The notes beneath the pieces were generated by a model. It did not search any database. It had not been told where the DNA came from and saw only the letters and a program-made list of their open reading frames with translations. Of a DNA stretch of 40,540 nt, positions 31,286 through 38,991 are shown piece after piece. Position numbers and translations under genes: made by a program. Source of the DNA: a virus; IMG/VR virus record IMGVR_UViG_3300029770_000021; one strand, written 5' to 3'. How positions within the stretch are numbered: the first letter of the stretch is position 1; each line of letters begins with the position of its first letter.

Positions 31286-31477
31286 ATGGAAAACATCAAG
31301 AAACGGCTGGGGAATTTGCTGGCGGTGAAAAGCCTCGTGACCATCACCCTGACGGTAATCTTCGCGGTGCTGGCTCTGCGGGGTGACATTTCCGGGACGG
31401 AGTTTTTGACCATCTTTACCACGGTCATCGCGTTTTACTTCGGCACCCAGCGAGTGGCCGAGGACAAAAACAGTTAA
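31286..31477 (+). CDS. Holin (two TM helices)
   Basis: 63 aa with two hydrophobic helices and a charged C-terminus (QRVAEDKNS). AAAGGAG SD. Confidence 0.7.
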   Translation: MENIKKRLGNLLAVKSLVTITLTVIFAVLALRGDISGTEFLTIFTTVIAFYFGTQRVAEDKNS

Positions 31478-31520
31478 AACCGGTTGAAAAGTCAATCGAA
31501 AATTTGAAAGGGGACATATT

Positions 31521-31847
31521 ATGAACAAGATCTACGAGAACATCATCAACGAGGGCAAGGCCACCGGCAAGCCCATCGAGGAAATCAACGCCGAACTGAA
31601 AGCGGCCGGGGCTACCTTCCACCTGAATCCCGACGGCGGCGTGGCCGGTTGGACGAAGGACGAAATGCGGGAGGGCTTCACTCCTGCGGAGAAGGAGCCG
31701 GAGGACGTGAAGCACCTCCATGACATTGTCCACTACGATACCGAGAAGGCCGGGGAGACCCTGCGCATCCAGTGTGCCGAGGGCGTGTATGACGTCACGT
31801 GGGACGTCTACGGCCACCCGGAGAAGGCAGTGAGAGTCCATGGTTGA
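31521..31847 (+). CDS. Hypothetical protein within the lysis cassette
   Basis: GAAAGGGGA SD. 108 aa, acidic. Confidence 0.6.
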   Translation: MNKIYENIINEGKATGKPIEEINAELKAAGATFHLNPDGGVAGWTKDEMREGFTPAEKEPEDVKHLHDIVHYDTEKAGETLRIQCAEGVYDVTWDVYGHPEKAVRVHG

Positions 31848-32574
31848 TACATTTAATTGCGCGAGAGCGCAGATCTACCACAACACCGGAAGGCTGACCC
31901 CGGCGCAGATCAAGGCCAAGACCGGCTGCACCCACATCATCAACGGCTATCTGTTCAACGGCAAGTTTCGGCCGGTGGGCTGGACGGTGATCGACGGCAA
32001 GGTCATTAGCCGGGACAAATACCAGGACTGGGGCGTGTCTATCGGCTCCGACGGACTGCCGAAGATGCTGACGGACCGGTGGGGATCCTTTCTTTCCGGC
32101 GTCCCGATCCTCAAGGGCGGATCCAAGCTGTACCGGGAGCTGACGCCGGACGTGGCCCGGTCTGCCGCCCGGACGGCGGTGGGCTGGCTGGCCAACGGCA
32201 AGGTGGTGCTGTGGTGCGACAAGGCCAGCCTGACCCGTGAGCAGCTTCAGAACAAGCTGCTGGGGCTGGGCGTGGTGGACGCCCTGATGCTGGACGGCGG
32301 CGGGTCTACACAGGGCATTTTCCCCGGCGGGACGGTGGACAGCACCCGGAAGGTGCCCACGCTGCTGCTGTTTTGGGAGTGGAAGGCGGCTACCCCGGCC
32401 CCTACCCCGGCTCCTACCCCGGCTCCTACCCCGGCCCCAGTCAATCCGGAGAAACCGGCGCTGGCATGGGGCAAAGCTCACGGCCTGCTGACGGACGCCA
32501 ACGCCGGGGAGACCGTGACCCGCGCCGACATGGTCCGGGCGCTGTATCAGATCTGGGGGGATAACCATGGTTGA
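31840..32574 (+). CDS. Phosphodiester glycosidase (DUF2233/NAGPA-like) putative lysin with TPAP linker
   Basis: RTAVGWLANGKVVLW...ALMLDGGGSTQ matches the DUF2233 pattern. It is followed by ATPAPTPAPTPAPTPAPV and a short C-terminal module. Confidence 0.65.
   Translation: MVDTFNCARAQIYHNTGRLTPAQIKAKTGCTHIINGYLFNGKFRPVGWTVIDGKVISRDKYQDWGVSIGSDGLPKMLTDRWGSFLSGVPILKGGSKLYRELTPDVARSAARTAVGWLANGKVVLWCDKASLTREQLQNKLLGLGVVDALMLDGGGSTQGIFPGGTVDSTRKVPTLLLFWEWKAATPAPTPAPTPAPTPAPVNPEKPALAWGKAHGLLTDANAGETVTRADMVRALYQIWGDNHG
32390..32437 (+). repeat. 4 x 12-bp tandem repeat encoding (TPAP)n linker
   Basis: CTACCCCGGC(C/T)C is repeated four times. Confidence 0.9.
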
Positions 32575-32968
32575 GATCCACGCTTACAGCAAAGCCGCCT
32601 CCGGGGGCAAGCAGCTCTCTGCCCATTTTAAGGTGCGGGAGTTCGCGTGTGGAGACGGGTCTGACGCTGTTTTGGTGGCTCCCCGGCTGGTGATGGTGCT
32701 GGAAACTATCCGCGCCCACTTCGGCGCTCCGGTGGTGATTCACAGTGCCTACCGGACGCCGCAGTACAATGCCAAAGTGAACGGCGCGGCTCACAGTCAG
32801 CACTGCTATGGCATGGCGGCGGATATTTCCGTCAGCGGCCAGAAGCCGGAGACGGTGGCGGCCTTCACCCGGTCGATCATGCCAGACTGGGGCGGTGTGG
32901 GCATCTACGCCAAGAAGGGCTTTACCCACATCGACGTGCGGGAGAAGAAATCCGACTGGACGGGCTAA
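32567..32968 (+). CDS. Peptidase M15A-type (D-Ala-D-Ala carboxypeptidase-like) endolysin
   Basis: HFKVREFAC..., IHSAYRTPQYNAKVNGAAHSQHCYGMAADI, and GFTHIDV carry the zinc ligand pattern H..D...H. Confidence 0.85.
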   Translation: MVEIHAYSKAASGGKQLSAHFKVREFACGDGSDAVLVAPRLVMVLETIRAHFGAPVVIHSAYRTPQYNAKVNGAAHSQHCYGMAADISVSGQKPETVAAFTRSIMPDWGGVGIYAKKGFTHIDVREKKSDWTG

Positions 32969-33037
32969 ACATCTGAAAGGAGGGCCAGAAGATGGCAACA
33001 TCCACGCGTTTTAGCGCTCTGCAAGTCTGGAGAACCC

Positions 33038-33280
33038 ATGGAAAAAACAAACCGAGAGATCCGGGCGCTGTTGTCATCCATGGCCCCGGCCCGGGCGGTG
33101 CAGGCCGTCCGGCTGGTAGGGCTTCCGCCTGATGAGGAAACAGCGGTGCTGGCAGTGGATGTCCACGGCCAGAGTTGCCTCCAAACGGCGGAGCGGCTGC
33201 ATGTGAGTGTGGACACCGTAAAGCGGTTACGGCGCTCTGCTTACCGAAAATTGCAAGACGAAATCTATACTACACGTTGA
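33038..33280 (+). CDS. Sigma-70 region-4-like small HTH protein
   Basis: 80 aa. EETAVLAVDVHGQSCLQTAERLHVSVDTVKRLRRSAYRKL. Confidence 0.6.
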   Translation: MEKTNREIRALLSSMAPARAVQAVRLVGLPPDEETAVLAVDVHGQSCLQTAERLHVSVDTVKRLRRSAYRKLQDEIYTTR

Positions 33281-33281
33281 G

Positions 33282-33313
33282 AGACGCGGTTCAATTTGAA
33301 CCGCGTCTTTTTT
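33282..33313 (+). terminator. Strong rho-independent terminator
   Basis: AGACGCGGTTCAA / TTGAACCGCGTCT stem followed by TTTTTT. Confidence 0.9.
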
Positions 33314-33342
33314 GCGCACTTTTCTGACCTTTTCTTGCCACT

Positions 33343-33371
33343 TTGAATGGAGGTTTTTGGCTTACTATGAA
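33343..33371 (+). promoter_or_regulatory. Candidate promoter of the accessory island
   Basis: TTGAAT (33343-33348), 17 nt, TATGAA (33366-33371). Confidence 0.35.
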
Positions 33372-33395
33372 AGCAGAGCAAGGGAGGGGTTCTCC

Positions 33396-33566
33396 GTGAT
33401 TACAAATGGTAGAGAATACATTGACCGTCTGCGGGCGTGCGGAATGAGCGAATCCAGCGCCACAGATATTTGTTATAAATACGCAGCACAGGATGATGAA
33501 GAAGGGCTGGCTGAATTGGTGAGAGCAAACGAATTGCTCTACGATGACCGCCGGGAATATGTATAA
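33396..33566 (+). CDS. Small hypothetical protein (56 aa)
   Basis: AAGGGAGGGG SD before GTG 33396. Confidence 0.5.
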   Translation: MITNGREYIDRLRACGMSESSATDICYKYAAQDDEEGLAELVRANELLYDDRREYV

Positions 33567-33939
33567 GTATTTCAACCCCAATCCCTGCGGAAAAAATGTT
33601 GGAGACTGCACCGTGCGGGCGATCTCTAAGGCAACCGGGATGGAGTGGGGCGAGGTGTATTTGCGGCTGTGCATCCAAGGGTATCTGGACGGCGATATGC
33701 CGTCGGCAAACGCTTGTTGGGGGCGGTATCTGCGGAGCATTGGATACCGGCGGTATATCGTACCGGACACCTGCCCAGACTGCTACACGGTTGGGCAATT
33801 TGCGGAGGATCACCCAAAAGGCACCTATATTCTGGCTCTATCCGGTCATGTGGTCTGCGTCTGCGACGGAATGATCTGGGACAGCTGGGACAGCAGCAAC
33901 GAGAACATCTTGTATTACTGGGTCAAGGAGGATGACTAA
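33559..33939 (+). CDS. Hypothetical protein with a papain-like Cys...His...Asp pattern
   Basis: MYKYFNPNPCGKNVGDCTVRAISKA...LSGHVVCVCDGMIWDSWDS. The Cys/His/Asp spacing suggests a cysteine peptidase/amidase-like fold. Confidence 0.55.
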   Translation: MYKYFNPNPCGKNVGDCTVRAISKATGMEWGEVYLRLCIQGYLDGDMPSANACWGRYLRSIGYRRYIVPDTCPDCYTVGQFAEDHPKGTYILALSGHVVCVCDGMIWDSWDSSNENILYYWVKEDD

Positions 33940-33940
33940 A

Positions 33941-34381
33941 ATGGCTTACACACCTTACGGATGGCAAAATCCCTATTACGCACCGCCTATGCCGGATAAC
34001 CTCATGCAGATGCGCCAACAGCAGATGCAGCCTATGACACCCCAGATGCCGCAGGCCCCGCAAAACCCGGTGGCGCAGAGCGGCGTCCAGTGGGTCAGTG
34101 GGGAACAGGAGGCCCGAAACTGGATGATCGCGCCCAACGCCGCTGTGGCGTTGTGGGATAGCTCCGCGCCTACGGTGTACCTCAAAAAGGCAGATGCCAG
34201 CGGTAAACCGTCCCTCACGATTTATGACCTCGTAGAACGCACAGAAACGCCCCGTACAGCCACGCAGGAAAAGGGCGTGGAGTTTGTCACCAGAAAAGAA
34301 TTCGACGCACTAGCGGCGCTTGTGGGCGAATTGAAGGGCAAGAAGAAGCGCAAGGTAGAGGAGGAAGAGGACGATGAGTAA
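33941..34381 (+). CDS. P/Q/M/Y-rich N-terminus, Lys/Glu-rich C-terminus protein
   Basis: AAGGAGG lies 9 nt before ATG 33941. MAYTPYGWQNPYYAPPMPDNLMQMRQQQMQPMTPQMPQAPQNP...KKKRKVEEEEDDE. Confidence 0.65.
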   Translation: MAYTPYGWQNPYYAPPMPDNLMQMRQQQMQPMTPQMPQAPQNPVAQSGVQWVSGEQEARNWMIAPNAAVALWDSSAPTVYLKKADASGKPSLTIYDLVERTETPRTATQEKGVEFVTRKEFDALAALVGELKGKKKRKVEEEEDDE

Positions 34382-34595
34382 CAATCCGTTTTTCAATGCG
34401 TTAGGTGGCGGACAGATGCCGGGGTCGATGAGCGGCTTTCCTCAGCTTTTACAGCAGTTCAAGCAGTTCAAGGCAAGTTTTAAAGGCGACCCAAAAGCGG
34501 AAGTGGAGAAGATGCTGCAAAGCGGCAAAATCTCACAAGATCAGTTAAACAAGATACAGTCAATGGCAAACCAATTTCAGGGGCTTTTCAAGTAA
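34374..34595 (+). CDS. Small Q/K-rich hypothetical protein
   Basis: 73 aa, coupled to the upstream gene. Confidence 0.6.
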   Translation: MSNNPFFNALGGGQMPGSMSGFPQLLQQFKQFKASFKGDPKAEVEKMLQSGKISQDQLNKIQSMANQFQGLFK

Positions 34596-34648
34596 TCAAA
34601 ATCGTGGCCACGGTTTGATATAAATATTTTTTCAAAAGGAGTGATACT

Positions 34649-35365
34649 ATGTCTCTTTCCTCTGACGGCACCATGCTGACTATGCCTGTGGCTCCTGCCA
34701 ACACCGGAAACGGTAACGGCTTCGGCTGGGGCGGCGATGGCGCATGGTGGATCGTGCTGTTCCTCATTTTCGCTGCGTTCGGTGGCTGGGGTAACGGCTT
34801 TGGTTTCGGTGGCGGCGGCAACGGCGTGATGGACGGTTATGTCCTGACCTCTGATTTTGCCAATGTCGAGCGCAAGATCGACAGTGTAAATCAGGGCCTT
34901 TGCGACGGATTTTACCAGCAGGCGCAGCTTATCAACGGCACCAACATGGCGATGGCAAACGGCTTTGGGCAGGCTGAGCTTTCCCGCAGTAACCAGCAGG
35001 CGGCTCTCATGCAGCAGTTGACTGCCATGCAGATGCAGGCCGCTGAATGCTGCTGCAACACCCAGCGCAGCATCGAGGGCGTGCGCTATGATATGGCGGC
35101 GCAGGCTTGCGACACCCGGAACACGGTGCAGAACGCCACCCGGGACATCATCGACAATGCCAACAGCAACAGCCGCGCCATTTTGGACTTCCTAACCCAG
35201 AGCAAGCTGCAGGATCTCCAGAGCGAGAATCAGGGCTTGAAGCTGGCCGCATCTCAGGCGGCACAGAACAGCTATCTTGTGTCTCAGCTCCGGCCGTCTC
35301 CCATTCCGGCTTACACGGTGCAGAACCCCTATTGCTGCAACCAGTTCGCCGGTTGCGGTTGCTGA
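34649..35365 (+). CDS. Gly/aromatic-rich membrane-anchored, Q-rich coiled-coil, Cys-rich protein
   Basis: AAAGGAG SD. GNGNGFGWGGDGAWWIVLFLIFAAFGGWGNGFGFGGGGNG, AAECCCNTQ, and a C-terminal NPYCCNQFAGCGC. Confidence 0.7.
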   Translation: MSLSSDGTMLTMPVAPANTGNGNGFGWGGDGAWWIVLFLIFAAFGGWGNGFGFGGGGNGVMDGYVLTSDFANVERKIDSVNQGLCDGFYQQAQLINGTNMAMANGFGQAELSRSNQQAALMQQLTAMQMQAAECCCNTQRSIEGVRYDMAAQACDTRNTVQNATRDIIDNANSNSRAILDFLTQSKLQDLQSENQGLKLAASQAAQNSYLVSQLRPSPIPAYTVQNPYCCNQFAGCGC

Positions 35366-35448
35366 CAACTGCATAGCATAGCTTTTTGTTGGCAATGTTT
35401 TGTTGACGCCAACAAAATGTTCGGCCCCGTGCCGATACTGATGACAAA

Positions 35449-35480
35449 GCGGCGGGGCAGTAGCCCTGCCGCTGATTTTA
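35449..35480 (+). terminator. 10-bp GC hairpin plus T-tract just before the next SD (terminator or attenuator)
   Basis: GCGGCGGGGC-AGTA-GCCCTGCCGC followed by TGATTTTA. A second hairpin TTTGTTGGC/GCCAACAAA lies at about 35383-35414. Confidence 0.5.
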
Positions 35481-35495
35481 TGAAAGGAGATTTTT

Positions 35496-35921
35496 ATGCC
35501 TGAATACACTGCCATTGCCGCACAGACCGTAGCGGCAAACCAGAACGTGCTTTTTACGGAAGCACCGATCCCCTGCACTAAGGGCCTTGTGACGCACCGC
35601 GCAGGCTCCGGCCTGTTTAACCTCCGTGGTAACTGCTCCCAGTGCCGCGTCCGCTATAAGGTGGACTTTATCGGCAATATTGCCGTAAGCACCGGCGGGA
35701 CCCCCGGTCCCATCTCCGTTGCCATTGCGGTTGACGGTGAGCCGCTCCCGTCCTCCGTTGCGACGGTGACGCCCACGGTTGCGGGGGCGTTTTTCAACGT
35801 GGCTGCATCCGAGTACGTTGACGTTACAAAGGGTTGCTGCGCGTCGCTGTCCATCCGCAACGTTAGTGGCGAGGCCATTGACGTGAGCAACGCGAACCTT
35901 ATCATTACCAGAGTTTGCTGA
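35496..35921 (+). CDS. Beta-rich Cys-containing protein (possibly BclA-C/C1q/TNF-like jelly roll)
   Basis: 141 aa. QTVAANQNVLFTEAP...GLFNLRG...YKVDFIGNIAV...ISVAIAVDGEPLP...SIRNVSGEAIDVSNANLIITRVC. Confidence 0.65.
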   Translation: MPEYTAIAAQTVAANQNVLFTEAPIPCTKGLVTHRAGSGLFNLRGNCSQCRVRYKVDFIGNIAVSTGGTPGPISVAIAVDGEPLPSSVATVTPTVAGAFFNVAASEYVDVTKGCCASLSIRNVSGEAIDVSNANLIITRVC

Positions 35922-35935
35922 GAAAGGAGAACACA

Positions 35936-36301
35936 ATGGGAATGAAATCTATGTATGAACTGCGGGATATGCTCTGCAAGGAGCTGGAAGAAATCACCCG
36001 CAAGGGCGAGCTGGGCGCCGGGGATCTGGACATTGCCCACAAGCTGACGGACACCATCAAAAACATCGACAAGATCGAGGCAATGGACGAGCGCGGCTAT
36101 TCCGGGCGGTATCTGGACGATGATCTGCGCGGTTACAGCCGTGGCAGCTCCTATGCCCGGAGACATTATGTCCGTGGCCATTACAGCCGCACGGACGCTA
36201 CCGAGCATCTGCGTAGCCAGATCAACGATATGATGCGTGAGACCGACGATGACCGCATCAAGGACGCCCTGCGCCGTGCAATGGACATGATGGAGGATTA
36301 A
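35936..36301 (+). CDS. Hypothetical helical protein with a Tyr/Arg/Ser-rich middle
   Basis: AAGGAG SD. MGMKSMYELRDMLCKELEEITRKGELGAGDLDIAHKLTDTIKNIDKIEAM...GYSRGSSYARRHYVRGHYSR. Confidence 0.65.
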   Translation: MGMKSMYELRDMLCKELEEITRKGELGAGDLDIAHKLTDTIKNIDKIEAMDERGYSGRYLDDDLRGYSRGSSYARRHYVRGHYSRTDATEHLRSQINDMMRETDDDRIKDALRRAMDMMED

Positions 36302-36315
36302 GGGGGTAGGCCCCA

Positions 36316-36618
36316 ATGATTGACGATCGAGAAGTGGCGCTATGGATTAAGCGGTTAGAAACAGAGGAGTCCAGCTGGGCAAACTATGAAAAGCTGGCGG
36401 CGCTGTATACCATCCAAAACCAGAACCGAGAGCCGGTGAGGGAAAGCCGTATGATCGATGCGTATTCTGCGGCTCCCGCGCCTGACAGCGATTTCCTTCG
36501 GGCGGTGTCTAACGTTGACCCAGCCCGTGCGTGGGAGGTCATGGACGAGCTGATGGACAGCTTGCAGGTGATAAACGAGCGGGTTTACAATAGCGTCATG
36601 CGGAAATTGGAAAGCTAA
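36316..36618 (+). CDS. Hypothetical protein
   Basis: AGGGGGTAGG SD. 100 aa. Confidence 0.6.
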   Translation: MIDDREVALWIKRLETEESSWANYEKLAALYTIQNQNREPVRESRMIDAYSAAPAPDSDFLRAVSNVDPARAWEVMDELMDSLQVINERVYNSVMRKLES

Positions 36619-36620
36619 AC

Positions 36621-36660
36621 TTAACCCCTCGGCAAATGTCGGGGGGTTAGTTATATTTTA
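36621..36660. terminator. Hairpin terminator between the convergent accessory island and integrase
   Basis: TTAACCCC...GGGGTTAG stem followed by TTATATTTTA. Confidence 0.65.
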
Positions 36661-36688
36661 ACGTTAGCGTTGCGACATGAAAATAAGA

Positions 36689-38029
36689 CTAACTTGGCGT
36701 TACAAAAAACGCACCGTCATTGTCTGCGTCGATGCGCTGGATTGTGCGTACCCAAAATTCCTTTTTTGCCTGCCGGTCTAAATCAGGATATTCCTTCAAT
36801 TCCCGCCGTAATGTTTCAAGGTCAAATTCTTTTATAGGCTCCGGGTTTATTGTCGCGAGTTGCTGTTTTAATTCCGTATAGTCTTTTTTGTATTCTTCGA
36901 TTTCAATCAAATCCGACAGATACAGGTCTTTCAGTTTTTGCATTTTCCGCTTGATTTGCTCCGCCGTTTTGGGCGGCTTTTTTTCTGCGGTTTTTGATTT
37001 GGAGTAATACTTTTTTGCGATCCCCTCAAATTCTCTCAGAAGGTAATCCTCAAGCACATCTTCTCGGATTCTGAGGATGTGCGGGCAGTCGGCTGGGTCA
37101 AGTGTGTGCGTTCTGCATCGGTAGTACTTGTACACCTGCTTTACAGTCTCCGGCTGCATATTTCTACCGCACTCCCGGCAACGGAGAATTCCGGTAAACA
37201 AATATATTCGATCCGCACTGGCGTTCCGCTGGCTTCGCCGTTCCAAGATTTTCCCAGCAAGGTCGAAAGTTTCTCGATCGACAAGCGCGGGCAATGCGTT
37301 TTCCACGCCGAACGCCTCACCTAAGTACAGGCGGCTTCTCAACGCATCCTTGTATTTGTTGTACGAGCGTTTGATCCCCCACTCCGTTGCCATATACCGC
37401 CTTAGCGCAAGGATGCTTTGCAGCCGTATAAAGGCTGGGAACATATCTCGCGCCGCATCTGCGGTTTTTTCATCAATGTCGTAGCGCCGGTTCTTCACGC
37501 AGATTCCGATAGGAGTTTTCCCGTTGGTGGGCTGGCCCTTTGCCCTCTTGCCCTCGTTGATGGCCTTAATGCGCTCCGATGTGCGGTCAGCTTCGTCCTG
37601 CGCTACCGACAACATAATATTGACCTTCAATCGCCCTGATGCAGTCCGCGTTTCGTAGTCCTCTCTAATGGCCTGCCAATCCACATGATTTTTGTCGAGA
37701 ACCTCTTGCACGGCGTAGTACCCCGCCACATTCCGAAACCACCTATCCAGCTTGACAAAAAGGATGGTGTCGATTTTCCCGGCGCGGCAATCATCAAGCA
37801 GGCGCATCAAGGCCGGACGCTTTTTATACGGCTTTCTGGCGCTGATTCCGGCGTCCTCGTAAATACCCACCACCTCCATGCCGTGTGCGGCGGCATATGC
37901 AATCAGGGCATCACGCTGGTCTGCCAGGGACAGGCCGTGCTTCGCCTGTTCTTCGGTCGATACCCTGATGTACAGTGCTACACGGATGCGTAGATTATTT
38001 GGTAGAGTGACCACTATTTTTTGGCACAT
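36689..38029 (-). CDS. Large serine recombinase (integrase)
   Basis: ALYIRVSTEEQAKHGLSLADQ (catalytic Ser region), a recombinase domain, and the zinc ribbon LRCRECGRNM...YYRCRTH. GGAGGGG lies 6 nt before ATG 38029. Confidence 0.92.
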   Translation of the reverse strand: MCQKIVVTLPNNLRIRVALYIRVSTEEQAKHGLSLADQRDALIAYAAAHGMEVVGIYEDAGISARKPYKKRPALMRLLDDCRAGKIDTILFVKLDRWFRNVAGYYAVQEVLDKNHVDWQAIREDYETRTASGRLKVNIMLSVAQDEADRTSERIKAINEGKRAKGQPTNGKTPIGICVKNRRYDIDEKTADAARDMFPAFIRLQSILALRRYMATEWGIKRSYNKYKDALRSRLYLGEAFGVENALPALVDRETFDLAGKILERRSQRNASADRIYLFTGILRCRECGRNMQPETVKQVYKYYRCRTHTLDPADCPHILRIREDVLEDYLLREFEGIAKKYYSKSKTAEKKPPKTAEQIKRKMQKLKDLYLSDLIEIEEYKKDYTELKQQLATINPEPIKEFDLETLRRELKEYPDLDRQAKKEFWVRTIQRIDADNDGAFFVTPS

Positions 38030-38030
38030 G

Positions 38031-38465
38031 TTATCCCCTCCAAAATCCATAGTTGGCACAATGGATGTCAACCCAAACGCACCAGGCAAAAAGCCCGATG
38101 ATCAATAGTGACAAACCGAGTATGATCCACCTGTATAGCTTCACGGAGTGCCAAAGATTGCACAGTTCTGTGTCCATCAGGCCGATGGTCTGCCGTTTGT
38201 TCTCAAGGCGGTGTTCTAGTCCGTCCTTTTCCGCTTGCAACGTTTCCTCACTGGCCGTCAGATGATCTCCGATGCCGTAAAATGCATCCAGCGACACGCC
38301 AAGGACGGCGCATATTGGCCCAACCGTGGAGATATAGGGGGCCTTGGAAGCATGGGTAAAGAAATTGTTGACGGTAGACGGCGGAATCCCCGATGCTTCA
38401 GCTATGTCCTGAATGGTCATACCCAAAGCGTTACGTTTCGCCTTACAAACTTCCTGAATTGTCAT
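38031..38465 (-). CDS. Membrane-anchored XRE-family HTH regulator
   Basis: AAGGAGG SD. MTIQEVCKAKRNALGMTIQDIAEASGIPPSTVNNFF is the HTH, followed by a coiled coil and a C-terminal TM helix (WIILGLSLLIIGLFAWCVWV). Its stop lies 1 nt from the int ATG. Confidence 0.8.
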   Translation of the reverse strand: MTIQEVCKAKRNALGMTIQDIAEASGIPPSTVNNFFTHASKAPYISTVGPICAVLGVSLDAFYGIGDHLTASEETLQAEKDGLEHRLENKRQTIGLMDTELCNLWHSVKLYRWIILGLSLLIIGLFAWCVWVDIHCANYGFWRG

Positions 38466-38629
38466 AAAAAGTGCCTCCTTACCCCCAAAATCAAAATATG
38501 GGTAAAGGCGGCACAAACTTTTAAACGGCTGAAAATGCCAAAAACCAAGCTTTGGGACTTGCCCACCCAACCCTGTTTTTGCTACGCTTTGATTACGGCA
38601 AGCCGACACCCCCAAAGGCTTGCCTTCCG

Positions 38630-38670
38630 GCCCTCGCCGTTTGTTGCAGAGGCGGCGGGGGCTTTTTTAT
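38630..38670 (+). terminator. Plus-strand intrinsic terminator with no upstream plus-strand CDS (possible sRNA 3' end)
   Basis: GCCCTCGCCG...CGGCGGGGGC 10-bp stem plus TTTTTTATT. It is preceded by a second perfect hairpin, GGCAAGCC/GGCTTGCC, at 38597-38624. Confidence 0.6.
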
Positions 38671-38811
38671 TCTCTTAGTGTCCTGATTATTGGACAGTTA
38701 AAATACACGCTTATATTTTTGTGGAAATGCGCATTGAAACGAACAGGATAACGTGTTAGACTGGTTCCACTGAATCGAACGATTGTTCTATTCGGTGGGA
38801 AGGAGGAACAA

Positions 38812-38991
38812 ATGGATGAACCTGCAATTTTGCGCCAATCTCTCAATAATGGGTCCTACATATTGTGCAATGAGGCTGAATGTTGTACAATTAAAGAGCA
38901 ACTAAAGGCAGAAATCGCAACGCTTACAAATAAGCAGGCCGAATATGTTCTGCGGCAGTTGACACTTTTGCTTGAAAAGGAGGCACCATGA
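38812..38991 (+). CDS. Small hypothetical protein (59 aa)
   Basis: GGAAGGAGGAACAA SD. MDEPAILRQSLNNGSYILCNEAECCTIKEQLKAEIATLTNKQAEYVLRQLTLLLEKEAP. A candidate promoter TTGGAC-16-TATATT lies at 38690-38717. Confidence 0.5.
   Translation: MDEPAILRQSLNNGSYILCNEAECCTIKEQLKAEIATLTNKQAEYVLRQLTLLLEKEAP

Noticed and set aside
32992-33132. Roughly 46-codon ORF with a strong SD (AAAGGAGGG) overlapping the sigma-r4-like gene out of frame
   Set aside because: The translation (MATSTRFSALQVWRTHGKNKPRDPG...) is low-complexity and Gly/Pro/Arg-rich, whereas the overlapping frame gives a clean HTH protein. The strong SD may serve the downstream gene after an indel, or may be fortuitous. This is unresolved.
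38235-38678. 147-aa plus-strand ORF opposite the HTH-TM regulator
   Set aside because: It is antisense to a gene with an excellent SD and a recognisable HTH. It has no SD of its own and runs through the hairpin terminator.
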